From: Paraspadella gotoi
Lineage: Eukaryota > Animalia > Chaetognatha
DNA length: 64,000 nucleotides
Reading direction: 5' to 3'
Assembly: GCA_051294375.1 (NCBI GenBank)
Contig: CM119267.1
Location: 16,220,543 to 16,284,542, forward strand
Both the position numbers and the translations under genes were made by a program. This document shows, one piece after another, positions 1 to 10,762 of the stretch (its first letter is position 1; the number at the start of each line of letters is the position of its first letter). The notes beneath the pieces were generated by a model. The model was not told the origin of the DNA. It ran no database searches and saw nothing but the letters and a program-made list of their open reading frames with translations.

Positions 1-995
1 TGTTGCGGCCGCAGTTAGCTTTTTTTCAGCGTTTTTTTCCCTGTTTGATCAGATTGAATAATTGACTTAATTGACTAATTGACTAATTGACTATGGAACA
101 TTTCTAAGGCGTAGTGAAAGCTACTATACGAAAATTCTAAGAAGTCAATTCATGAACAACAATAATCAGTGAAGACATTAATTTGGTAAAAAAAAAATTA
201 ATTTTATGTTTTTTAATTTTCGCAAGTAGGTGTACTTTATATGAAAATTTGCAAAATTACTTGGTTTCACACTATTTTTTATTTTTCTATTTTTAATATT
301 TTTAATATTTGTGAAGGATTTAGTATTTAATTTATATTAATATATTATATTATATAGTACTATTCTATAAATCCTAGAAATTTCTAAAATAAGCTTTTTT
401 TAAAATTTTGATATGAAGATTTGAATTTCTCGTCAAAAGTTGATAAAAGAAAATATAAAATCATTTTTAAAAATTCTTTCATTAAGTAGGTTATAAAATT
501 AAAAAACTATATTTATATATATAAAAAGTTAATTTTCAGCTTCAAATATAGCTTATTCTAATTTTTGATGCGGCACTTAATGAGGACTTTTATTTTTTTC
601 AAAAAAAGATATTTCTTTTTCAACTTTTTATGACGATTCAAATATGCAAAAAATCAAATAGAAAAAAACACTGTTTTGACATTTATTGATTTAGTACTAG
701 TATAAATATAGCGCCTAACTGCGTAAATTGTAAAAATTTATTATAAAATTTTTTTATTACATAATGTCATTAGTATAATGTTGTTCGTTCCTGACACTTT
801 TAGAATTTTAATTACATGTTAAATTTAAAAATTTTACTACGGCTTAATGAACTACGCACTGCAATCGGAATTCCCGTCCTCAAATTCTTATAGTTTTAGA
901 TTTTCTGAGGCGGCCACGAGCATCACGTTTAAGTTCGAGGACGCACACTAGCCGACCTACCGATCGACAGACCGACCGAAAAGTGACTTAATAGA
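1..995 (-). mobile_element. Longer, error-rich copy of the HINE/DINE-1-like element family (truncated at window start)
   Basis: Starts with TGTTGCGG(C)CGCAGTT like the copies at 4782 and 36198. Shares TTCTTATAGTTTTAG and the CCGACCTACCGATCGACAGACCGACCGAAA core at about 952-982. Carries an extra AT-rich internal segment. Confidence 0.45.
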
Positions 996-1029
996 AAAGG
1001 ATAAAAAAGGATAAAAAAAGGATAACGCA

Positions 1030-1340
1030 ATGTGGTAAGGGAGAAAAAAGGGTGAGTGGCGCGATATTTCTAAAAATACGAGTTTAGTTTGACCTCATCT
1101 TTCTTATTCATTCCCTCGAATTCATTTCCAATAACCGGACGCTGAGGTTTGAGGGTGAATAGGGGAGTCAGTGCGGAATAGTCCAAGGGGAAAAGGGCTG
1201 GGTGTGGGGGTGACGAGGAGGAGTGGTGACTTCGTGGAGCTAATAGGGTTGGCATCGTTTTCTTTTGGGTGTGATTTAACTCGACGCCGGGAGAGAGAAA
1301 AAGAGAGAGAGAGAGAGGGAAAGTGAGGCGAAAAGAGAGA

Positions 1341-1390
<50 letters not shown>

Positions 1391-2778
1391 GAGAGAGAGA
1401 GAGAGAGAGAGAGAGTGAGGATGTTTATTAGCAGGGAAATTTTGGAAACTGGAAAGGGTGAAACGGTTCGAAAAGAAAAGGAAAAAAAAGGGGGGGGGGG
1501 GGGAAGAAAGAAAAAGGAAAAAAAATGACCGAAGAAAAGAAAAAATGGAGAAAGAAAGGAAAAGAGGGTGAGAACGGTCTGTCTCTTCCGGTCTCCTCTT
1601 TGTGCTTCTATCTCCATATCTGAAACGAGTAAAACGACAGAATTTGGAGAGATAAAGAAAAAGAAAAAGAAAATTTACTCGCGGATTTTCTGCCATTTAT
1701 TTTTCTTACTTTTCCTTCTGCTCCCTTTTCTCTCTTGCTCCACCTTTTGTGCTATCTGTTCCTTTCCTTTTTCTCTCTCCTCCACCTTCTGTGCAACTGT
1801 TGCACTTTCCTTTTTCTCTGCTCTTCCACGCTCTTTTGCATCCTGTCTTTACTTTTCTATATCCTCTTACCATCTTCGCATCTGTTCCTTTCTTTTCTCT
1901 CTCCTGCACCACCTTTTTTGGCATCTGTTTCTTTCCTTTTTTTCTGCTCTCCTCCACTTCTTTTCATCTTCTCCCTTTCTTTTCTCTCTCTTAACCTCCT
2001 TCGCATCTGCTCCCCCTCTTTTCTCTAGCCCAACAACACCTTCTCTTTAATTTTCCTGCCATCCTTCATTCTCTCTCTCGGGACCAAATGATCCCAAGAA
2101 GATCAATGCAGCGTCGCTTGAATTCTTTTTCTTTTCTTTTCTTTTTATCTCTCACTTTAGCCGTCGCTCCCTCTTTACCCCCATCCCCCCCCCGTCTATC
2201 TCTCTCTCTCTTTTACGTCGGCTCGCTCTCTCAACCCCTCTTCTTTTCTCTCTCATCTCTCTCGCTCCCTCCGCCCGTTTCCGGCCGAAGCGCGCTGAGG
2301 CTAAAAATAGAAAAAGAAAAGGGAAAGAGACAACTAGGTTTTCCTTTCTTTCGCCGGGGGTATTTCTTTTCGGCTGCCTTTCTTTCTTTCTCTCTTCTCT
2401 CTCTCTCTCTTCTCGATTCATTCCTCATCTCTCTCTCTCATCTCGTCGTCTCTCTCTCTCTCTCTCTCTCTCTTCCCCAGTTGATTCATTTTCTTGACTT
2501 TGAAACTGGTTGTGGGAGACAAGAGGGAAAACGAGAGGCGTAGGAAGAGGCGGGGGGAGAAAAAGGGGGAGAGGAAGAGGAGGAGGAAGAATGCAAAAGG
2601 AGGATGAAGAGAAGGATGAGGAAGAGGACAAAAGGAGGAGGAGGAGAATCGCTGCAAAACCAAACAGATAAATAGGATTTTTTTCCTCCGAAAACCCACC
2701 GGCCGAAAATTTGTGTGGGAGAGGGAGAGGCGAAAATTGAGAAGAGATGGACTGTGAACTATGGGGGGAAGGGGTGGA
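1030..2778. repeat. Duplicated block, insertion-rich copy of about 5560-7425
   Basis: Collinear with 5560-7425 (e.g. GATATTTCTAAAAATACGAGTTTAG, GAGATGGACTGTGAACTATGGGG) with scattered single-base insertions. Ends at an N gap. Probably an assembly or haplotype duplicate. Confidence 0.8.
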
Positions 2779-2803
2779 NNNNNNNNNNNNNNNNNNNNNN
2801 NNN

Positions 2804-2839
<36 letters not shown>

Positions 2840-4161
2840 CGTCAAACTCTGCTCCGGTCCAGACGAAGGTGGCTGAGGTTCATGCATTTTTGAATAAACC
2901 CGGACATTTGCGATTCTCAGTCGGAGGAAGAAAACGGCAATGGAATGGCAAATTGGATGGCGATTTGACATCCCATTCGTTGGAAAATGTGAAAAAGAAC
3001 CGACTGGTAACTTCCTTGTATATGAGGGTATATTCTCCTAAGATAAGATAAACGCATTCCATTACACATTCCATTCCACATTCCATTACACTTGAAGATT
3101 AGTAATAATGGTATTATAATTTTATATTGAAACATGACAAAAATGTCGTTCCAGATATGACGGTGAATATTGCTCATTAGTTGCAGTGACAGATTTGCAA
3201 ATTGCAATTTGATTTAAAAAAAAAAATCCTTAAACCTCTTTTTTTTCCCTCAGAAATCCTCCGTCTAAAATTCCTCTTTTTTTTTCTTCCGGTTCCATCA
3301 AAGATTTCGGGTTTTTTTTTAGTTCCTCCCAAAAAATTCTTTTGGATCCGCGAAGGGATTTTTTGGGTTCATCCAGAGATTGCTCCCTTCATCTTCGGCC
3401 TTTTCCCCTAAATGGACGGGCGCTTGGAGGAAAAGGGCGNNNNNNNNNNNNNNNNNNNNNNNNNNNNNNNNNNNNNNNNNNNNNNNNNNNNNNNNNNNNN
3501 NNNNNNNNNNNNNNNNNNNNNNNNNNNNNNNNNNNNNNNNNNNNNNNNNNNNNNNNNNNNNNNNNNNNNNNNNNNNNNNNNNNNNNNNNNNNNNNNNNNN
3601 NNNNNNNNNNNNNNNNNNNNNNNNNNNNNNNNNNNNNNNNNNNNNNNNNNNNNNNNNNNNNNNNNNNNNNNNNNNNNNNNNNNNNNNNNNNNNNNTTGTC
3701 TGCCGATAGGGGGAATTCTGAAGAAAGAACCGGACAAAGAAAATAAGAGATACGAAGTTGTAGAAATACTCGATTAAGAGAGATGTCGCTTATTCCAATA
3801 AGCAGGACTGATTTATCCTGATGTGCGGTGAATGGCATCATATTCAGAGTGACCGAGTCGTCAACATATTCTTTGCTTCACCAACTCTTTCTTTCACTAT
3901 TTTTTTTTAATCATATTTTTTGGGGGCAACTCTGAAATCTCCTCCGCCCGATTTCATTTTATTTTTTCAAGCGTTACTATTCAGGCGTGCCCCGATCCGC
4001 CCTCCGCGCGTCATGACGCATAAAGCGGAACCACGGTCTGCCCCCTTTCGGGCAATTCTTTCGCCGCGCCGAATGAAGGCGTTGTTTGCCCCACGCTGCC
4101 CTCTTGAGGTCATTTCTGCGCGTCAATTTTGTTCCTCCCTTTTGCGGAATTTGTTCGTTTC

Positions 4162-4392
4162 GGTACTACAAATATAAAAATTATCCATTCATTTAATAAA
4201 CAAGCTATCTTGCCCCTGACTTTGGAGAGGCTTTGGTGGTTTAAGGCCTCCATCACTCTTACAAGATAATGACATAGCAGGTCCCTGCAAGCTTTCAATC
4301 AAGACTCTCTCACAGTCTCGTTTATTCCCTCCCAGATTACCTGGCTTCCCTATCAATGAAGTGGTATAATATTTCAAAAAAATGTTTCAATT
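4162..4392. repeat. About 230-bp dispersed repeat, copy 1
   Basis: Highly similar to 46131-46359 (AAGCTATCTTGCCCCTGACTTT...CATAGCAGGTCCCTGC...CCTGGCTTCCCTATCAATGAAGTGG). Confidence 0.85.
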
Positions 4393-4757
4393 ATATTATT
4401 TTTTCAACTTCGTTATCTTCTTAATGAAATTCCTAAGTTGACTTCCGAATTTTTTTTTTTTTCGCGGACCGCGTGAAATAGGCAATCATTTATCACTGTT
4501 TCAACATCATCGACCCAAAGCTCAACGCAGATCAGAACTCGCCAACTGAAAAAAATAATCAAATGGTGAAGTAAAATAAAGTAAATCAAAAAAAAAAAAA
4601 AAAAACCCCAAAAAAACAAGATCCAGACTTTGGATGAACCGTGCGCGTAGTCACGGCGTGATATATTTCCTTTCACCACCGAACGTTTTCTTGTTTACTT
4701 TTTTATTTGTTTATGTTTTAATTTTTCTTTTAACTTTTAGTTATGCTTTCAAAAATT

Positions 4758-5042
4758 AAAACAAGATCGGCCCATCCAATGTGTTGCGCCGCAGTTACTT
4801 TCTTTTCACGTTTTTTTCCCTGTGATCAGATGACTACATGACAAATTGACTAATTGACTATGAATACGCACTGCATCGGAATTCCGTCTTTCATTCTTTA
4901 TAGTTTTAGGATTTTCTGAATGCGGCGCTAGCAGTTTTTCCTGTCTGAAAAAATGAGCAACTAACTATAGGCAAGTTATGAGAATTTTCAATGGAAGTGG
5001 CATGCACATACCGACCTACCGATCGACAGGCCGACCGAAAAG
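4758..5042 (-). mobile_element. HINE/DINE-1-like non-autonomous Helentron element, cut by a gap
   Basis: ACAAGATCGGCCCATCCAATGTGTTGCGCCGCAG end (short stem-loop plus subterminal IR) and a GACC/GACA microsatellite core. Lies in a local tandem duplicate (about 4600-5042 vs about 5075-5500). Confidence 0.6.
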
Positions 5043-5233
5043 NNNNNNNNNNGCAGAATCTGGTTAAGTACAATGAAGCCAAACCAAAAAAACAAGCTCC
5101 GGACTTTGGATGAACCGTGCGTGTAGTCACGGCGTAATTTATTTCCTTTCACCACCGAACGTTTTTCTTGTTTACTTTTTTTTTATTTATGTTTTAATTT
5201 TTCTTTTAACTTTTAGTTATGCTTTTAATAATT

Positions 5234-5553
5234 AAAACAAGATCGGCCCATCCAATGTTGCGCCTCAGTTACTTTTTTTACGTTTTTTTCCCTGTGATCA
5301 CATGACTTCATGACTATGAACACGGACTCATTCATTCTTTCATTCTTTATAGTTTTAGGATTTTCTCAAGGCGGTGCTAGCAGTCACTTAGATTCGAGGT
5401 TTTTCCTGTCTTAACAAATGAGCAACTAACTATAGGCGAGTTATGAGCATTTTCAACGTAAGTGGCATGGACATACCGACCTACCGATCGACAGACCGAC
5501 CGAAATGGGACTAATAGAGTTGCTCCGCGAGTACTCGCGGCGCAACTAAAAAA
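5234..5553 (-). mobile_element. HINE/DINE-1-like non-autonomous Helentron element, complete copy
   Basis: Read on the minus strand: T-run, 30-bp palindrome AGTTGCTCCGCGAGTACTCGCGGCGCAACT (5518-5547, one mismatched pair), GTCY-type microsatellite, body, subterminal IR (GTTGCGCC at 5257), small hairpin ATTGG-N5-CCGAT, T-run. This is the described architecture of DINE-1/HINE elements. Confidence 0.7.
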
Positions 5554-6244
5554 GGATACGCAATGTGTAAGGGGAAAAAAGGGTGAGGCGCGCGATATTT
5601 CTAAAAATACGAGTTTAGTTGACCTCATCTTTCTTATTCATTCCCTCGAATTTCATTTCAATAACCGGACTGAGGTTTGAGGGTGAATAGGGGAGTCAGT
5701 GGGAATAGTCCCAAGGGGAAGTGCTGGGTGTGGGGGTGACGAGGAGGAGTGGTGACTTCGTGGAGCTAAAATAGGGTTGGCTCGTTTTCTTTTGGGTGAG
5801 ATTTACTCGACCCGGGAGAGAGAAAGAGAGAGAGAGGGAAAGTGAGCGAAAGAGAGAGAGAGAGNNNNNNNNNNNNNNNNNNNNNNNNNNNNNNNNNNNN
5901 NNNNNNNNNNNNNNNNNNNNNNNNNNNNNNNNNNNNNNNNNNNNNNNNNNNNNNNNNNNNNNNNNNNNNNNNNNNNNNNNNNNNNNNNNNNNNNNNNNNN
6001 NNNNNNNNNNNNNNNNNNNNNNNNNNNNNNNNNNNNNNNNNNNNNNNNNNNNNNNNNNNNNNNNNNNNNNNNNNNNNNNNNNNNNNNNNNNNNNNNNNNN
6101 NNNNNNNNNNNTGTCTCTCCGGTCATCCTCTTTGTGCTTCTCTACTGAAACGAGTAAAACGACAGAATTTGGAGAGAAAAGAAAAGAAAAAGAAAATTTA
6201 CTCGCGGATTTTCTCCATCTTATTTTTCTTCTTTTCCTTCTGCC

Positions 6245-6650
6245 TCCCTTTTCTCTCTCCTCCACCTTCTATGCATCTGTTCCTTTCCTTTTTCTCTCTC
6301 CTCCACCTTCTTTGCATCTGTTCCTTTCCTTTTTCTCTTTCCTCCACCTTCTTTGCATCTGTTCCTTTCCTTTTTCTCTATCCTCTACCATCTTCGCATC
6401 TGTTCCTTTCCTTTTTCTCTCTCCTCCACCTTTTTTGCATCTGTTTATTTCCTTTTTTCTCTCTCCTAAACTTTCATTGCATCTGTGCCTTTCCTCTTCT
6501 CCACGCATCTGTTCATTTCCTTTTTCTCTCTCGTTCACCTTCTTTGCATCTGTTCTATTCCTTTTTCATCTCTACTCCACCTTCTTTGCATCTTTTCCTT
6601 TCCTTTTTCTCTCTCCTTTACCTCCTTCGCATCTGCTCCCCTCTTTTCTC
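6245..6650. repeat. Pyrimidine-rich minisatellite, unit of about 41 bp (TCTCTCCTCCACCTTCTTTGCATCTGTTCCTTTCCTTTTTC), about 9 copies
   Basis: GCATCTGTTCCTTTCC recurs at about 41-bp spacing. A noisier copy lies at about 1725-2020. Confidence 0.85.
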
Positions 6651-9600
6651 GAGCCAACACCTTCTCTTTAATTTCCTTCATCCTTCATTCTCTTCTCGGG
6701 ACCAAATGATCCCAAGAAATACAATCAGCGTCGCTGAATCCTTTTTCTTTTTCTTTTTCTTTTTCTCCACTTTAGCCGTCGCCCCTCTTTACGCCCCCCC
6801 GTCTATCTCTCTCTCTCTTTTACGTCGCTCGCTCTCTCAACCCCCTCTTCTTTCTCTCTCTCTCTCTCGCTCCCTCCGCCCGGTTTCCGGGCCGAGAGCG
6901 CGCTGGAGCTAAAAATAGAAAAGAAAAGGGAAAGAGACCAACTAGGTTTTCCTTTCTTTCGCCGGGGTATTTCTTTTCNNNNNNNNNNNNNNNNNNNNNN
7001 NNNNNNNNNNNNNNNNNNNNNNNNNNNNNNNNNNNNNNNNNNNNNNNNNNNNNNNNNNNNNNNNNNNNNNNNNNNNNNNNNNNNNNNNNNNNNNNNNNNN
7101 NNNNNNNNNNTCTCTCTCTTCCCCAGTTGATTCATTTTCTTGACTTTGGAAACTGGTTGTGGGAGGACAAGAGGGAAAACGAGAGGCGTAGGAAGAGGCG
7201 GGGGGAGAAAAGGGGAAGAGGAAGAGGAGGAGGAGAATGCAAAGGAGGATGAAGAAGAGGATGAGGAAGAGGACAAGGAGGAGGAGGAGAATCGCTGCAA
7301 AACCAAACAGATAAAAGGATTTTTTTTTCCTCCGAAAACCCACCGGCCGAAATTTGTGTGGCGAAGAGGGAGAGGCGAGAGATTGAGAAGAGATGGACTG
7401 TGAACTATGGGGAGGAAGGGGTGGGAAGAAAAAGATGGAATGGATGAAGGGTTGTGAGAATGAGTGACAGGGTGCCTCGCGGTGCCAATGGGCACAAGGC
7501 GAAACCTAACGCTGCGTACGTGTCGCGAGGCGGCCATTCGCGCAAAGATCGAAATGAATCTTTTGCTTTTCAAGTTGACATCTTCGTAACATTTACGTTT
7601 TTATAACCACCAATTAAAGATAGTTTTTGCCTCAGCTCGTGGCCGAAAAGTCCCGGGTTCTAATCCACATAGTAAATACGATGTATTCCCTGAACAATAT
7701 CAAATCTATTTTACTGTATCAAATCGCAACGCCTCATTTATTCGCCGTGTTTGAAAAGAGCGAGAAAAGGGGCGTGGGACGACGCTGAGGGAAAACAACG
7801 CATTTTTTAAATATTATTTTCACCGGCGGGGGGATGGAAGCGGAATCGGCTGANNNNNNNNNNNNNNNNNNNNNNNNNNNNNNNNNNNNNNNNNNNNNNN
7901 NNNNNNNNNNNNNNNNNNNNNNNNNNNNNNNNNNNNNNNNNNNNNNNNNNNNNNNNNNNNNNNNNNNNNNNNNNNNNNNNNNNNNNNNNNNNNNNNNNNN
8001 NNNNNNNNNNNNNNNNNNNNNNNNNNNNNNNNNNNNNNNNNNNNNNNNNNNNNNNNNNNNNNNNNNNNNNNNNNNNNNNNNNNNNNNNNNNNNNNNNNNN
8101 NNNNNNNNNNNNNNNNNNNNNNNNNNNNNNNNNNNNNNNNNNNNNNNNNNNNNNNNNNNNNNNNNNNNNNNNNNNNNNNNNNNNNNNNNNNNNNNNNNNN
8201 NNNNNNNNNNNNNNNNNNNNNNNNNNNNNNNNNNNNNNNNNNNNNNNNNNNGGGACGGAGACTGGATGTAGATTGTACTGGAAACGACACGATTGAGTGA
8301 GAATGTGGCGGACGGTAGATTTTCATATTTCAAGAAGCATTTTTTTTATGAATTTGGTTCAACCAATATAAAACTGTTAGTATTTTTTATTAGCGGTGAA
8401 AAACATTATGAGGGGTAAATGCAAGGGTGGAAAATGATCGATGACGAATCAATAGTGGCCACTGGCAAAAGAGAGCAAAACGGACTGGGCGAAGTCAAAT
8501 GAGGAAGGGCGAGGCAAGTGGTTGGTGGAGATAAAGTCTAAACGACGCGAAAATCTTTTTTTGCAAAAAAAAAAAAAGAAAAATGATGTAGAAATGGAGT
8601 TGGAGGTTATCGGCGTCGCAGAGAGTTTCTGTGAAATCGACTCGTGGTTGTGACTATTTTTCACACTTTAAGCGAGGAAGAAGGGAAAGCGGTTGTGAGG
8701 AAAAGATTGCTCGTTTCCTCAGTTTTGTCAATGGTTAGTATCGAATGCAAATATAATCGTGCGACGAGCGAAAATTTTGTCCATTAATTAATTTTTTTTG
8801 TTTTGTCGTTAATTAGTCCAAAAGTATGAGTTCGGGTCAGCAGAGAGGGGGGTCACATTCTGAGCTCAAAGTCAAACAGTAATTAAAACGAAAAGAGAGA
8901 AAAAAACAGAGTCATCTTTCTCATTTAAAGGTCAAAATCTCACTCTCATGGGAGCGTCGAAGAACAGAAGATTAAAAGCGATGTACATTATATGATTAAT
9001 TCTTTTTTTTTTTTATTCACAGAAGAGATAGCGAAAGACATATATAAAAAATATATGATTAAACGCGTTTAATACTTTTTTTTTATATTTATCTCGTCTA
9101 ATTTTATTCTCGCAGGTATCTGGAGAAATGATTTCTTCATTCGCCAGGTCGAACGTCTCTTTATCACCAGGGAGACGAGGAAGACGGGGCGGGCGAAGGA
9201 CGAATGNNNNNNNNNNNNNNNNNNNNNNNNNNNNNNNNNNNNNNNNNNNNNNNNNNNNNNNNNNNNNNNNNNNNNNNNNNNNNNNNNNNNNNNNNNNNNN
9301 NNNNNNNNNNNNNNNNNNNNNNNNNNNNNNNNNNNNNNNNNNNNNNNNNNNNNNNNNNNNNNNNNNNNNNNNNNNNNNNNNNNNNNNNNNNNNNNNNNNN
9401 NNNNNNNNNNNNNNNNNNNNNNNNNNNNNNNNNNNNNNNNNNNNNNNNNNNNNNNNNNNNNNNNNNNNNNNNNNNNNNNNNNNNNNNNNNNNNNNNNNNN
9501 NNNNNNNNNNNNNNNNNNNNNNNNNNNNNNNNNNNNNNNNNNNNNNNNNNNNNNNNNNNNNNNNNNNNNNNNNNNNNNNNNNNNNNNNNNNNNNNNNNNN

Positions 9601-10192
9601 NNNNNNNNNNNNNNNNNNNNNNNNNNNNNNNNNNNNNNNNNNNNNNNNNNNNNNNNNNNNNNNNNNNNNNNNNNNNNNNNNNNNNNNNNNNNNNNNNNNN
9701 NNNNNNNNNNNNNNNNNNNNNNNNNNNNNNNNNNNNNNNNNNNNNNNNNNNNNNNNNNNNNNNNNNNNNNNNNNNNNNNNNNNNNNNNNNNNNNNNNNNN
9801 NNNNNNNNNNNNNNNNNNNNNNNNNNNNNNNNNNNNNNNNNNNNNNNNNNNNNNNNNNNNNNNNNNNNNNNNNNNNNNNNNNNNNNNNNNNNNNNNNNNN
9901 NNNNNNNNNNNNNNNNNNNNNNNNNNNNNNNNNNNNNNNNNNNNNNNNNNNNNNNNNNNNNNNNNNNNNNNNNNNNNNNNNNNNNNNNNNNNNNNNNNNN
10001 NNNNNNNNNNNNNNNNNNNNNNNNNNNNNNNNCAATTTGATTATTTTTTCCTGCAAAATGTTCCGGTCGTGATGTCCCGAGAAGCGTTTGTTTATTTACT
10101 CTTTACATATCCAGCGATAAAAAAGGGCATGTACGAAATACGTAGATTAATTCGCCAAAAAAGTATATGTGGAAAGCGAACGGCCAACAGAA

Positions 10193-10195
10193 AGC

Positions 10196-10250
<55 letters not shown>
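10193..10250. repeat. (GAAA)n microsatellite
   Basis: Directly visible. Confidence 0.95.
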
Positions 10251-10679
10251 TCAGTCAGTCTGACTCTGAGTCGATAAAGAACAAAAAAATGGAAAGCCGA
10301 GGGAATGTAGTCTGGGTTTTCACGAATGGATGACCAAAGTGGAGATTCTATAAATCGAGGAAACGTGGAAGGAAAGAAGGATGGAGGGAAGGATGGAGGG
10401 AATGAAGGAAAGAAGAAATGAAATGAGGAAAAAGGAAAGAAGGGAGGGAAAAGGAATTGTGGCGGATAAAAGCTTAATAACACAATAAAACAATTTAACA
10501 AGATAAAAAAAAAGAAGCAAAGAAGGAAAGAAAGAAGAAATAATCGAAGGAAAGTTGATTTAATAAACACATAAAATAAATATTAAAAATATAAAATGAA
10601 TAAAAATAAATACGATTTTATTACGAAGAAAGGACATGAAAATCCAAGGAAGAGAAAAAGAAAAGGAGAGTTCAACGAA

Positions 10680-10762
10680 AAAGAGAGAAAGAGAGAAAGA
10701 GAGAAAGAGAGAAAGAGAGAAAGAGAGAAAGAGAGAAAGAGAGAAAGAGAGAAAGAGAGAAA
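10680..10762. repeat. Purine-only compound repeat with a 20-bp period
   Basis: AAGAGAGAAAGAGAGAAAGA-type unit repeated about 4 times. Confidence 0.85.

Noticed and set aside
1070-2700. Long ORFs rich in Leu/Ser/Phe or Glu/Arg (here and at 5796-7573, 21468-22262, 35292-36104, 52624-53265)
   Set aside because: They are translations of CT/GA microsatellites, pyrimidine-rich minisatellites or N gaps, with no domain or splice support.
1-7430. Apparent diverged tandem segmental duplication
   Set aside because: The differences are mostly scattered single-base insertions in one copy and the copies abut gaps, which is typical of raw long-read gap filling rather than evolution.
7625-7670. GGTTCTAATCC B-box-like motif suggesting a tRNA or SINE
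   Set aside because: No cloverleaf, no clear A-box and no second copy in the window.
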